From the NCBI RefSeq assembly GCF_001194135.2, contig NC_069006.1, positions 449,278 through 513,277 of the forward strand: a stretch of 64,000 bases of DNA. The letters run 5' to 3'. The translations under genes and the position numbers were made by a program. Origin of the DNA: Octopus bimaculoides. Lineage: Eukaryota. This document shows positions 1-12,990 of this stretch, piece by piece (position 1 is the stretch's first letter; the number at the start of each line of letters is the position of its first letter). The notes under the pieces are model-generated. The model made no database searches. It saw nothing but the letters and a program-made list of their open reading frames with translations, and had not been told where the DNA came from.

Positions 1-54
<54 letters not shown>

Positions 55-930
55 AATGCAAAAGTTGTGAAGCATATTCAAAAATATTTTACACACTGAA
101 AACATTATAAGACAGAACTCAATACAACTGGTTGAGTAAATATATATATAAACACACACAAACAGGCATTTACATGTACATACAAGGACACCCATACACA
201 CACATATCAACCAACTTAACTGTCTATATACATACATACATGTGTATGTATGTATGTATATATATATATATATATATATGTGTGTATGTATAAATTCAGA
301 TTATGAATAATCTTCCTACATAGTTTACAATTTTTAAAATATAATTTTCTTTATTATGTTACATTATATTTAGATATAATCGAATAATATTTTTAAAAAA
401 TATATATTTTATCCGTTTTTTGTCTTGATTTCTTTCTTTTTCTATTTCATTCCCACTAAGTTTTAAAAAAAAAGAAACTATTCTGTGTGTGTGTGTGTGT
501 GTGTGTGTGTNNNNNNNNNNNNNNNNNNNNNNNNNNNNNNNNNNNNNNNNNNNNNNNNNNNNNNNNNNNNNNNNNNNNNNNNNNNNNNNNNNNNNNNNNN
601 NNNNNNNNNNNNNNNNNNNNNNNNNNNNNNNNNNNNNNNNNNNNNNNNNNNNNNNNNNNNNNNNNNNNNNNNNNNNNNNNNNNNNNNNNNNNNNNNNNNN
701 NNNNNNNNNNNNNNNNNNNNNNNNNNNNNNNNNNNNNNNNNNNNNNNNNNAACATTCCTATAATTATGTTTTACCAAAGTCGATTTTGAATTTAATCCTC
801 TCGGGTTCGATAAAATCAAGTACCAGTCAAATACTGTGGGATTTTGATGTAATCGAATGTCCCTTTCCCTAAAATTACTGGCCATGAACGAGAACCATCA
901 TCATCATCATCATCACTATATCATTATTAT

Positions 931-1357
931 TTTGGACTAAAGTTTCGTCGGAACTCCTGGAGTTTTGCATGCGTAGCAGGTTTGCTGCCTGCAGCCTACA
1001 GCATCACGCTGCCTGTTCTTCTCAGTTACCTGGTAAATCACTGATGATTCTGGCCGTGCCAACAACGCAAATCTTTTATTACAAAATCATACCAGGCACT
1101 CTATTCTGATTTCCTTTATATTCCTCTTGATGCCTTCTGATAATGTCCCTAATACTTGGCGCCATCTTCACACACTTCGTTTTTCAGAGCCGGGCTATTT
1201 CGTAATGAAGAGGATTGTACGTATCTAGTTTTACGCCTTCTTTCTTGACTATTTGTGGGTCAAAGGGGCACACAATATCAATTATGTGGCACAAGAGGCT
1301 CACCTTGGTCACCACCGCTTGGTCCGGCTTGCTTTCCTCCAGTATCTGGTCTGATTG
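931..1357 (-). mobile_element. 3' stub of RLE-type non-LTR retrotransposon (R4/Dong-like), decayed
   Basis: Minus-strand translation QSDQILEESKPDQAVVTK...IIDIVCPFD...KE..KLDTY..L..EIARL matches the PD-(D/E)xK restriction-like endonuclease C-terminus of R2-group LINEs (RPDIV..IIDIAVP.D..EK..KY..L..EI.RLW). It is followed by a short 3' UTR and a (TAA/TGA)n tail. Confidence 0.75.
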
Positions 1358-1610
1358 CATTATCATCATCATCATCATTATTATTATTATGGTACTTCTG
1401 AGAGCTCTCGGTCTTACTTGCTCTGGTTGATTCTGTGAGAGCGGAGAGGTCTCACAGGCTCTCTTTCTGTAAAACATAAGGCTTGGTACCTGAATGTTAA
1501 CTACCGCGGAAGACACTCAACACCCAGCCACCAATCTCAAAAATCATAGCTGTCACCAATAGAGCAGCTCATTATAATTATAATAATAATAATAATTATT
1601 ATTATTATTA

Positions 1611-1830
1611 AAAGCGACAAGCTGGTAGAAACGTTAGCACGCCGTGCAAAATGCTTAGCGGCATTTCGTCTGTCCTTACGTTCTGAGTTCAACTTCCGCC
1701 GAGGTCGACTTTGCTTTCATTCTTTACGGGTCGATAAATTAAGTACCAGTTGCGTACTAGGGTCGATCGAATCAACTGCCCCTCCCCCACAAAAAAAAAA
1801 AATTTCGGGCCGTGCCTAGAGTAGAAAAGG
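1611..1830 (+). mobile_element. tRNA-derived SINE, family A
   Basis: Head gctggtagaaacgttagcacgcc, B-box-like GAGTTCAACTTCC, central ctttcattctttacgggtcgataaattaagtaccag. Near-identical copies occur throughout the window. Confidence 0.85.
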
Positions 1831-1872
1831 AACAGCTGCTAATAATAATAATAATAATAATTATTATTATTA

Positions 1873-2080
1873 AAAGGCGACGAGATGGCGGGAAATGCCA
1901 GCACGCCGGGCGAAATGCTTAGCGGCATTTCGTCCGTCCTTACGTTCTGAGTTCTAATTCCGCCGAGGTCGACTTTGCCTTTCATCCTTTCGGAGTCGAT
2001 AAAAGTACCAGTTACAAACTGGGTCGTCCAGTAATCGTCTAGTCCCCTCCCACAAAATATCAGTCAGGCCTTGTACCTTT
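1873..2080 (+). mobile_element. SINE family A
   Basis: Colinear with 1611-1830 and 63185-63395. Confidence 0.85.
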
Positions 2081-2099
2081 TGCAGGCTGCACCACACGG

Positions 2100-2341
2100 T
2101 CTAGAATACCTAGACCGGGTGGTGCGTTGTGTTTCTCAGTAAAACACTTCATCCTCACGTTGTTCGGCGATCACTCCGACATTTGACGCGTGGCACAACG
2201 TGCACCTCTTCAGGCAACGTCGATTTGATGGAGAGAGTGAGCTGACGTACGGCACGAACATTGGATCACTATAAACAAATCATTTGTGCAGATCGTTCGG
2301 CGAGAGCTGAACGCTCATACGTCGTCTTCGATGGGAGAGTC
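2100..2341 (+). mobile_element. SINE family C (head-truncated)
   Basis: Reverse complement of 9240-9485. Shares its 5' body with 12991-13245 and 45600-45741. Confidence 0.75.
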
Positions 2342-2374
2342 CATTGTTGTCATTATTATTATTATTATTATCAT

Positions 2375-2790
2375 CATTCGAATGCTATTACAAGCAAATT
2401 TAATTAGCAGGTATATTGTTCTGAGGTTTCGTAACACATCTCCTCAAATCTCAAGAACCTTTCTTACGATTCTTGCAGAATAGAGGATTGTACTTTTTTT
2501 CTGCATGTCGACAAACGCGAATCTCAATCTCCTTCATTCTGTGAGCAAAGTGCAGCGGCAGGAATAATGCCAATTACCACCGGAATAATAGGCATCTTAG
2601 TCTTCCACAAGTTCTTCATCTCACTGGCAAGGTCCTTAATGTTTTGCACATATTACTTTTCAATTTCTTTGGTATCCACTCTATTTATCGTCGTTAAGGC
2701 ATTGCAAAGTCTCTGGTCTTTCACAATTCGTTCCTGTCCACTACGATCATATCTAACAAACGTGGCTACAATTGTATGGCAATTCTATAA
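2375..2790 (-). mobile_element. 3' stub of RLE-type LINE (R4/Dong-like), decayed
   Basis: Minus-strand LDMIVVDRNE...KDLASEMKNLWKTKMPIIPVVIGII...STILYSARIVRKVLEI* is an RLE C-terminus, followed by a (TGA/TAA)n tail at about 2345-2375. Confidence 0.7.
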
Positions 2791-3334
2791 TTATCGTTTG
2801 CCACCACCAACACTGTCACCGCCACCGCCACCACTATCACCCCTACTACTACTTTTATTGTTATTTATCAGTTTATAATGACGATGATAATGATGATGAT
2901 AGTGATGATGATGACGTTGGTAATGATGAATAAGATTAATGATAATGATGAAAATAGTAATTATTTTTACTGTTGGTGTTGTAATTGTTGTTGATAACGT
3001 TGTTGTTACTGTTCCTGAGATCGATACAAATAAACAATCGATACGATACTGCATAAATAAATAAGCTGAGCGATCTTTAGTTACGTCACAACGGCATCGA
3101 AATTTGAATTTCCATCACAACAAACATACACATGCATTCACGCGCACACACAAGTACATGTATACGCACATGCGCGCACATGTATATATATTTGAATACG
3201 AATGTATTAAAAAAAAATGTGGTCATATATATATATAAACATAATTACTCGTGCATACACACATACATTTATATATGTATGTGTATGTGTGCGCGTAGCT
3301 GTGTGTGTGTGTGTACATGTATGTGTGTCTGTGT

Positions 3335-3570
3335 GTGCCTTCCTCACCTACAGCACTTGACAACCGGTGTGAGTTTGGTTACGTCCTCACTTCTCAGTGT
3401 TTCGGTGAAAAACAAAACGATAGAATAGATACCTGACTGGAGAAAAAAATAAATAAAACAAAACAAAAAGTATATAGTTTCTGGGGTCAATTTGCCCGAA
3501 TAAAACTTTACAAGGTAGTGCCCCAGCATGGCCACGTTCTAATGAATGAAGCAAATAAAAAATAAAGATA
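3335..3570 (+). mobile_element. SINE family B, 3' half
   Basis: cttgacaaccggtgtg...ggggtcaatttg...gtgccccagcatggcc matches the 3' half of 19867-20252. Confidence 0.65.
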
Positions 3571-3714
3571 TGCAAAAGATAAAAGACAATCTGCTGGGAA
3601 AAACATGTAAGATAATGCAATCCTACATGCATCTAAAAGCAGAAGGGATGGTCACGGTTTGATTGGAAGTCCTTTGATCAGAGGTCAGATCGATCAAGGT
3701 TGGCATCGGGCAAA

Positions 3715-4190
3715 AACAATTATTACAACAACAATAACAACAGCATTATTGACTGCTACATCAATAAAACATATATTAACAACTGAATCAACGACGATAT
3801 GATTATCAACAGCAAAAATCCATATCATCATCATCAGCATCACCATAATGATGATCATCATCATCATCGTCTTCGTCATCACCATCACCACCGCCCTCAC
3901 TATCATCATCATCATCATCACCAACGTCGTCGTCGTCATAATCGTACCCAACATCGTCGTCGTAGTCGTCGTCGTCATCATCATCATTACCATCTCCGTC
4001 CATCATCGTCGTAAGCAGCCGTACTTATCATCATCATCATCATCATCGTCGTTGTGTCGTCATAGCCTTCTTCTTCATAACCAACAGTCAACTCCACCAC
4101 TACTGCTATGACGACAACTACTGCCACCGCCACCAGAACCACCACCACTACCACCACTAGCACCATCACCGCCGCCACCACCACCAACTT
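3715..4190. repeat. Compound trinucleotide tract (CAA/CAT/CGT/CAC)
   Basis: Directly visible. It generates the spurious poly-H, poly-D and poly-V ORFs. Confidence 0.9.
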
Positions 4191-5076
4191 TTAATCGCCA
4201 CATTTGCCATCAATAACGGAAGAATAATAAAAATAAGATATANNNNNNNNNNNNNNNNNNNNNNNNNNNNNNNNNNNNNNNNNNNNNNNNNNNNNNNNNN
4301 NNNNNNNNNNNNNNNNNNNNNNNNNNNNNNNNNNNNNNNNNNNNNNNNNNNNNNNNNNNNNNNNNNNNNNNNNNNNNNNNNNNNNNNNNNNNNNNNNNNN
4401 NNNNNNNNNNNNNNNNNNNNNATATATATATATATATATATATATAACATTAAACTGATAACCCTAGAATTGAAACCGGTTCTCTTTTAAGTTGTTCGGT
4501 AAAGCAAAGTCGAGATAAGTGATAAAAATTATAATAGCCATAGAGCTTATAATGTCGGCTGATGGCAGTGTAGAAAGTTATCTTCAATGCAGGAGAGCGT
4601 ATTGTCTGCATACACCTATGTTGCATGATGTGGCGGATTTTTTTCTTTCTTTTACATAAAATATCGTTGTTTTCTTCTGACATTTTTTTTTATCTCTTTT
4701 TAATTCATTCATATTTTTTATTTGTGTAACTTATCTTTCTCTCTTTCTCTCTCTCTCATTTTCATTCATTCATTCTTTCTTTCTCTCTCCGTGAGTTTTT
4801 TTCCTCCGACGTATTCTCGGTTTCAATAGAGCAGAGTGTATTGTCTCCATACGTAATGCCTAAGATGGCGCACACACACACAAAACTGCATAGAGACGCA
4901 TACAAACATAAATATAAAAATATACACGTACACACACACAGATATACATACAAATACAAACGCACCTATGTAGACACACACTTATATATAAACCCCTACA
5001 AATATGTACATACAAATATATATACACCTACATATACACACACGTGTATGCATATATATATACATACATACAACGC

Positions 5077-5123
<47 letters not shown>

Positions 5124-5446
5124 CATCCTTCCTCCTCTCTTTATCTCTCTCACTCCTCCTTTCCCCCTCGCTCAGTCTAAAATACATTTTCAATACAGGA
5201 GAGAGAATGTATTGTCGAAACACATTACAGCATAAAATGTTCTTTTGAACATTTACCTGAAACTACGTTACTTTCCGTGTTCTTTCTTTCCTTCTTTCTT
5301 CATTCATTCATTGCTTCTTTTTTCTTCATATGTCTGTCTGTCCGTCTCTCTCTCTCTCTCAATCCCTTCTTTCTCTCAGTCCCCACCCCCGATATGCATT
5401 ATCGCCCTCTAATTCTCTATACTTCATCATTCAGTACTCCCTACAC

Positions 5447-5555
<109 letters not shown>

Positions 5556-5788
5556 TTATATATTAAACATCTTCCGTAATATATAATATACAATGCACTA
5601 TAATATTTCCAGTATAATATCTAACAACTTCTGCTAAATTAACGGCCCACTTATTCTTTGTTTCCAAAATCTATTCCATCATATTTTCCGCCATTTCATT
5701 GTTTCTTATCATTGGAATATTATTTTATCATAAGAGACAAATAATAACAGAAGAACAATACCAAAAATTACATAAACAAATACATATG

Positions 5789-5839
<51 letters not shown>

Positions 5840-6823
5840 CAGTGTGGATGTATGTATACAAAGAGAAAAAATAGACACTCAAACAAAACAAGGCGAATAA
5901 AAACCTGTTTCCTGTTCCGTGTTTGCGTGTGTGTGTTTATATACGTGTTTGTATGTCAATTTCAGTATGTGTGAGCACATACATATATACGTAGATACAC
6001 ACACACGTATATATATATATATATATATATGCATACATATCCATATCTATATATATACATACATAAGTACAAATATATATACATACATAGATATTCATAT
6101 ATATATATGTATATACATTTACATATAAACACATTGATACATATACAAATATACATACACATACATATGTAAATATATATAATACACACACACACACACA
6201 CACTGTGTATTTCGGGATACAAGTTGACCCTATAATTCTCAACACAAAATTCCGTGCTAGATCTTGCCTTCCATACCACTGAACTGACGAGAAGCTCTCT
6301 TGGGTTTCCTGTCATTGATAGATGCCTTGAAGAAATTCTAGCTAAACTGTCTATTATATGTACAACACAGCACAGTACTGTAGAACACTTAGAAAATAGC
6401 TCACTAAACCGTATTCCCAGATGACTGTTTCCGTGCTGTTCTCACTGTCGACATGGTTGTGTGGTTGAGAATCTCAATTTGCAGCCACATGGTTTTGACT
6501 TCAATCGCACTACAAGACACCTTAGTCAAGTGTCTTCTGCTTATTTTGAAACTTAAAGCAATGACGTTTTTGTTCAAATTTATATGAAAAGTTGATAATG
6601 CTGGAGTATATTTTTGAATGGAGACTGTGGAACAGGCCCTCGGGGGAAGTGAGGTTAAAACCGAGGAAGAAGGTTTGGGTTGGAAGATATTTAAACCCTT
6701 TTTAACAAACAATCTCAAAAAAATATCTGAAACGAAACGAACCAAAAACTGTAACTTCAGGAATTCCACGAGGAATTTTAACGTTTTTGTTTCATTCTTT
6801 CGATCTAACACTAAATAAACATT

Positions 6824-7430
6824 TTAACCCTTCTGATACTAAACCGCCTGAGACCGCTCTTAGTTCTATGACAAACAAAATAAAAACAAACCCTTCTTAT
6901 TTTAAGGAGACTTAAATTAAAACCTTGCATTAAAATTTTGAGTTAATTTATGTTACAAACTTCAGCTTCTTCCTGTTTTAAAGTGAACTAAATTAAAAAC
7001 CTTGCATCAAATTTTTTTCTTGATTCATGTTCCGAACATTAGCTTTATGATGACAAGTATTTTACGAAATTCTTCATTATTTTCAAAATTAATTGAAACA
7101 AAGCCAGTGTATTTCAACAGAAATATTGTAACAAATGGGTGGAAGTCTTCTAAAGTAAAACCTGTAATCAAAATCTCATGCTAATTTATGGTTCAAACAC
7201 CACCTTAATAACCACAAAGTTATTTTAATAGATTCTACACTATTTTCATTAACTGAAGCACAGGCAGAGTATTTCAGCTGAAATGGGGTAACGAGAGTGT
7301 TAAAGTGATCGAAATGAAAACCTTCCATTAATTTAGGTACCAAGCATCACCTTATTAACGACAAAATTATTCAAAATTAATTGAAACAAAGCAGTATATT
7401 TTAATGAAAATATGGTAACAAGAGGGTTAA
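6824..7430. mobile_element. piggyBac-like non-autonomous element (TTAA-flanked)
   Basis: TTAA|CCCTTCTGATACT at the left end and GGTAACAAGAGGG|TTAA at the right end (9/13 inverted match, CCCT termini). Internal sub-repeats, no ORF. Confidence 0.6.
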
Positions 7431-7439
7431 CGACAATAT

Positions 7440-7890
7440 CATTATAGCAGCGCATGCCATCAAAGTGACACTGGGGTACAAATATACGGAGCCCAATATA
7501 TCCATCATGATAAGAGCATACCACGCACATGCATCACAACTATGTGTGCGTGACATGTTGATTTCGTATCAAAATAAACAGCGTATGGCCTTGCAGGTGG
7601 GGCTTAGTTAGAATTTTCTTCAGGTCGAGTAGCCCATCCTGCTCAAAAGGTCCCTGAATAAGGTTTGTTTAAAGATGATGGTGAAAACGCAGAATAAAGA
7701 CTGGATGTTTCCAGATGTGACCTATTCAAACCCCAAAGAATTCCGCTCAACACATGACTATGATGCTCCCCCACTACTTCTGCTCATGATCAGAGATGCA
7801 TATATTGTCAGCCACTGAAGGACATGCACAAGTGGCTAAGGTCAAGCAACTGACAAGCAAATCTGTCGTATTGAGCAGAATATTTACTGT
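7440..7890 (-). mobile_element. Interspersed repeat, probable retroelement 3' UTR
   Basis: Non-coding. Resembles a recalled abundant octopus repeat ending ccccagtgtcactttgatggcatgc plus a TAA tail. Not verified by search. Confidence 0.45.
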
Positions 7891-7892
7891 AG

Positions 7893-8045
7893 ATTATTAT
7901 TATTATTTTATTGTCTTTGCACAGCTTCTAACGCTGGAGATGTACTACAGTGTCAGCTGTTCACTACCAGTGAACTAAAGTAACACCCCTTATTTTTCGA
8001 GCAATATCCGGAGTATTCGAGCGGTTCCAAGCAGTGCTGTTTTTT
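7893..8045 (-). mobile_element. Very short 3' stub of RLE-type LINE
   Basis: Minus-strand KTALLGTARILRILLEK*, then about 80 nt of 3' UTR, then a (TAA)n tail. Confidence 0.75.
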
Positions 8046-8134
8046 ACAAGTGCTCCACCCTTATTGCAGCCCCTATTTGTTCCACGTACGTCTCAAGATT
8101 TTTACTCACTGTTCCCAGGGCTCCGACAATTATT

Positions 8135-8346
8135 GCTACTACTGGAAGCACAAGGTCTGAAATTTGGGGGGAGGAGACTAGACGATCACATCGACCCAAT
8201 GTGTAACTGGGACTTAATTCATCGACCCCGAAAGGATGAAAGGCAAAGTCGACCTCACCGGAATTTGAACACAGAACGTACTGACGTACGAAATGCTGCT
8301 AAGCATCTCGCCCGGCGTGACAACGTTTCTGCCAGTTCACCGCCTT
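8135..8346 (-). mobile_element. SINE family A
   Basis: Reverse complement of family A. A partial second copy lies at about 8375-8470. Confidence 0.8.
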
Positions 8347-8466
8347 AATAATAATAATAATAATTATTATTATTTCAAATTTTTGCTACAAGGGCAGTTT
8401 GGGGGGAGGTGGGGATGAGTCGATTACGTCGACTCCAGAGTTCAATTGATACTCATTTTATCGACC

Positions 8467-8510
<44 letters not shown>

Positions 8511-9239
8511 AAGAGAGTAATAGGGAGATACAGACAGCGTTGACATAAGGTGCAAGATGAGTGTCTTCACAACTTTCTGAAAAATGTGTTTTTATAAATG
8601 AAACTTTACTGAGAATGGTCTTTGAAGGAATTGGATGCGATTCCTTGCATAAAATTTAGAAAAATGATAACAAATAAAAGATTTGTTTATTTAATCTTAT
8701 TTCAAGGTAATATATATATATATATATATATATAGAAGTATAATCTAATGAGAGTTCCAATAAATAATATTAATGATAACAGAATTATATCTATATTTAA
8801 AAGTGAATTTAGAATTATTAATTTTGATAGAAATCCTAATGTTGGGGGAATACCTGCTAGTGATATAATTAATATTATAATAAAAATATTTTCTTTATTT
8901 ATAAGTATGTATATATATATGTATATATATATATATATATAATGCCTTCTTCTTTTGTATAAGCACTAAGAAATTTGATAAAAGTTGGATTATAATTATT
9001 GTATGAAAGCCATATTTGCTGATATCACTTATGATAACATTACCCGTCGTATGACGGCTTACACTTTAGTAACTAACAATACTATTTAATATAAGTCTAA
9101 ACTTAGTATTCGTTTCATCATTTCGTATAAGCGCCAAAGAATTTGATAAAAGTTACATCGTATGCATGCCATACTTCCATCATGGTGGCAAAAGTATATC
9201 TCCATAGTTACCCGTCATACAATGGTTGCACACCAGTAA

Positions 9240-9485
9240 ATGACGGACTCTTCCGCCGAAGACAACATATGAGTTTTTCAGCTCTCACCGAACGACCTGC
9301 ACAAATGATTTGTTTATAGTGATCCAATGTATGTGCGGCACATTAGCTCACCTGCCCCTCCATCAAATCGGCGTTACCTGAAGAGGTGTACGGTGTACCA
9401 TGCGTCAAATGTCGGAGTGATCGCAGAGCAACGTGAAATGAAGTGTTTTGCTCAAGAACACAATGCATCAGTCAGTCTAGAACAT
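9240..9485 (-). mobile_element. SINE family C
   Basis: Reverse complement of 2100-2341. Confidence 0.75.
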
Positions 9486-9524
9486 GCGCCCTCATACACT
9501 AGTAAATAATAATAACAATAATCG

Positions 9525-9842
9525 TTTCTGCTATAGGCACGAGGCCCGAAATTTGAGGGAAGGGGAAAAGTCGATTACATCGAACCCAGTGTTCAACTGG
9601 TACTTATTTTATCGACCCCGAAAGGATGAAAGGTAAAGTCGACCTCGGCGGAATTTGAACTCAGAATGTAAAGACAGACAAAATGCCGTTAAGCATTTTG
9701 TCCGGCGTGCTAATGATTCTGGCAAGCCTTTCTACTAAAGACACAAGGCCTGAAATTTTTGAAGATAGGGGTGGTCGATTATATCGACACTAAGTGTTCC
9801 CTGAGGGGATGAAAAGCAAAAGTCAATCTCAGAATGTAAAGC

Positions 9843-9883
<41 letters not shown>

Positions 9884-9928
9884 AAGCATTTTGTCCGACG
9901 CACCAATGATTCCGACAACTCACCATCA
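9525..9928 (-). mobile_element. Two tandem SINE family A copies (second internally deleted)
   Basis: 9525-9724 and 9729-9928 both match the family A reverse complement. Confidence 0.8.
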
Positions 9929-10379
9929 TTGGAAGGATAAATGACAGCACATGAAAAGTTGTTCGGCAGAAACGGCAGAGTGGCACATGAAACACCTTAC
10001 GGGGCTCAGTTACTTTTTGTTTCCACGTTCGAATGCCATCGAAGTCGACTTGAGCTTTTATATCCTTTCTTCGTAATCGATGAGGAAATAAATGGTCAAA
10101 GAATCGATCGATCAGCAATCGATTATAAAAACTATCTCACCCGCCAATTTCTGACCTTCTCCGCAAACTGACTTAACCCTCTTTTCTCATTTTTCTTCAA
10201 GGACACATCTTCCTTCAAACTCCCCCCCCTCCTCCTCCTCCACTCCTTTATCTCATTCCTCATTAGTTTTCTTCTCTTGTTTCTTCTTTTACTATTCTTC
10301 CATCAAATCCTAACTTTCACCTCCTCCCCTCATAACTAATCTTAACTTTTCTTTCCCCTCCTCCTCCTCCTCATCATCA

Positions 10380-10726
10380 TCATCATTATCGCAAACAAAA
10401 CTAATTGTGGTTAGTAACATTAACGGCAGTGGCAAATGTAGTAGTAGTATTAGTGGCTGTAAAAGTAGTGGAAGTGGTGGTGGCGGTAGTGATAACAGCA
10501 GTAGTAACAGTAGTAGTAGTGGTAGTAGTGGTAGTGGCAATATTAGTATTAGTAGTAGCGGTGGTGGTGGTAGTAGTAGTAGTAGTAGTGATAGGAAGGC
10601 CGTGATTGTGGCCATGGTGATTTTTTTCTTGGTTCACTACGGTTTATTGTTTCTGTCAGCGACAAGGTCTCTCCTTCTCCATCCATCTCTCTCTCTCTCT
10701 CTCTCTCTCTCNNNNNNNNNNCTCCA

Positions 10727-10776
<50 letters not shown>

Positions 10777-11057
10777 ATGCCACCACTCCTTGATCGGTTA
10801 TCGATACTGTTATAGGATGTATAGTTCGATGAAGAAGGAACCAGTTCGATTGAAAGTTTTCACACCTCTTCTATTGTTGTTCTTTGAGCGGACGGCAGAA
10901 CAATGATGCCTAATGAACAACAACAACAACCACAACAGCTACTACTACTACTACTACTACTAGATTGACATCAACAACAATTACAAAGCAACCCTAAAAC
11001 GAAGGCTATAAAAAATAAATCCAGGAACGGCATCGTTATATTAGAGTCGTCATCATC

Positions 11058-11088
<31 letters not shown>

Positions 11089-11380
11089 CCAATCATTGCC
11101 ATCATTACCAGCATCATTATCACAAACACCAATATCACCATCATCATCACCGTCGCTATCTTCTCAACCATCCCCATCCCCACATCACGATTATATTCAA
11201 TATCACCATCATCACCATCAACACAATAGTCGTCATCATCACTACGCCGCTTTCTCCGCCATCGTCATCAACATCGTCATCATCATCGTCGTCATCATCG
11301 TCATCATCATCATCATCACCAGCACCGAAACTACAACCACTATGATGAACATTGTCATCATCCTCATCTCCGCCACATAA
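10380..11380. repeat. Trinucleotide and CT microsatellite cluster
   Basis: (AGT/GGT)n, (CT)n, (CAA/CTA)n and (CAT/CAC)n tracts are visible. Confidence 0.9.
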
Positions 11381-11528
11381 TTATGGTAGTTAGTGGCTCC
11401 GGGTTCAGCCCCGTTGCGCAGCAAACTAAACAAATGTCTTTTTGCTGTAGCCTCAGGGGACCAACAACTCGTGAGCAAAATCTCTCTCTCACACACACAC
11501 ACACACACTGAATTTCTGTGGAAGCTCA

Positions 11529-11576
<48 letters not shown>

Positions 11577-11675
11577 GACACACTCACACAAACATATATA
11601 CATAAATGCAAAGATATTTACATACGTATATGTACATACACACACACACACACATATATATATAAAACCGATATA

Positions 11676-11711
<36 letters not shown>

Positions 11712-11847
11712 CATGTATGAGCTGCTTATCACGCAAGTCGCATCATCTCTTTCTCTCTTTCCGTTACACACACACACCACACACACGCACGCACGCATAC
11801 ACACGCTCTTACATAATGTCAGTATCCTCGCCCGCTGCGCTGACATG

Positions 11848-11904
11848 TTCTTTGTTATTCTTTTTGTTCTTTGTTATTCTTTTTGTTCTTTGTTATTCTT
11901 CTTG
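11848..11904. repeat. 19-bp tandem repeat x3
   Basis: ttctttgttattctttttg twice, then ttctttgttattcttcttg. Confidence 0.9.
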
Positions 11905-12193
11905 TTCTGCTTCCTGTTTGGTATTCAGCTACAAAGATGCTGTGCAGTGACTTCGATAGAAACCTTCCAGCTAGATTCCTTTCTCCTACAACCAAAGGAA
12001 GGAACAGGTTTCCTTTGTATCAATTTATAACGTGTTGATAACACGTCATAAAGAAATGCGTGAATATGCTATTGTTTCATGCGCTGAATGATGTATGAAT
12101 GTAAGTATGTTTGTATACACGCACACAAACACACACGAACACGCACCCACACACACACGCACGCATACACAAACACGCACGGACACACATTAG

Positions 12194-12308
12194 TATTTAC
12201 TAGAAGCAACAGAGTAACACAAGGGCCGAGAGTTTCTTGCGTGAGCGCTTATCAAACTAACGCACGAAACTCTCGGCCCTTGAGTCACTCTGATGCTTCT
12301 GCTAAATA
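12194..12308. repeat. Foldback (palindromic) element copy 1: 52-bp arms, 11-nt loop
   Basis: 12194-12245 versus the reverse complement of 12257-12308 match at 45/52 positions. Confidence 0.9.
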
Positions 12309-12397
12309 TGAATAATGCATACACACACACACGCACACACACGCACACACACGCACACACACACACACACACAACCATACGCTTGCACAAACATTAA

Positions 12398-12512
12398 TAT
12401 TTAGCAGAAGCAACAGAGTGAAACAAGGGTCGAGAGTTTTGTACGTGAGCACTTATCGAACTAACACACGAAACTCTCGGCGCTTGAGTCATTCTGTTGC
12501 TTGTGCTAAACA
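12398..12512. repeat. Foldback element copy 2
   Basis: Same 52+11+52 architecture, colinear with copy 1, offset by 204 bp. Confidence 0.9.
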
Positions 12513-12566
12513 TGAATGATGCGTGCGCGCCATCACCCCCCCCCCACACACACACAGATATAGATA

Positions 12567-12956
12567 TGTTGTTGCTGGCACTCCGTCGGTTACGACGACG
12601 AGTGTTCCAGTTGATCCGATCAACGGAACAGCCTGCTCGTGAAATTAACGTGCAAGTGGCTGAGAACTCCACAGACACGTGTAGCCTTAACGTAGTTCTC
12701 GGGGAGATTCAGCGTGACACAGAGTGTGACAAGGCTGACCCTTTGAATTACAGGCACAACAGAAACAGGAAGTAAGAGTGAGAGAAAGTTGTGGTGAAAG
12801 AGTACAGCAGGGTTCGCCACCAGCCCCTGCCGGAGCTTCGTGGAACTTTGGGTGTTTTCGCTCAATAAACACTCACAACGCCCGGCCTGGGAATCGAAAC
12901 TGCGATCCTAAGACCACGAGTCCGCTGTCCTAACCACTAGGCCATTGCGCCTCCAC
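12567..12956 (-). mobile_element. tRNA-derived SINE, family E (full length)
   Basis: Minus-strand head with A-box TGGCCTAGTGG and B-box GTTTCGATTCC, about 300 bp of body and a CAA tail. A decayed relative lies at about 46490-46785. Confidence 0.8.
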
Positions 12957-12990
12957 AGATATAGATATACACATGTTTTAACGGCCGTTT

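Noticed and set aside
827-872. QILWDF peptide resembling RLE-LINE KILWDF
   Set aside because: It lies within a SINE A fragment and on the opposite strand to the adjacent LINE stub, so it is coincidental.
3694-4187. Poly-His, poly-Asp, poly-Thr and HT/YI/CV-repeat ORFs here and elsewhere
   Set aside because: They are microsatellite translations, open in several frames and on both strands, with no domain content.
6283-6310. CTGACGA hammerhead box (also TCGATGA..GAAA near 10827)
   Set aside because: At 6283 there is no GAAA box after stem II; at 10827 the core is wrong and stems I and III are missing.
12880-12956. tRNA gene (and similar heads at 19867, 12991, 63185)
   Set aside because: A/B boxes are present but no complete cloverleaf is evident, and each continues into a multi-copy SINE body.
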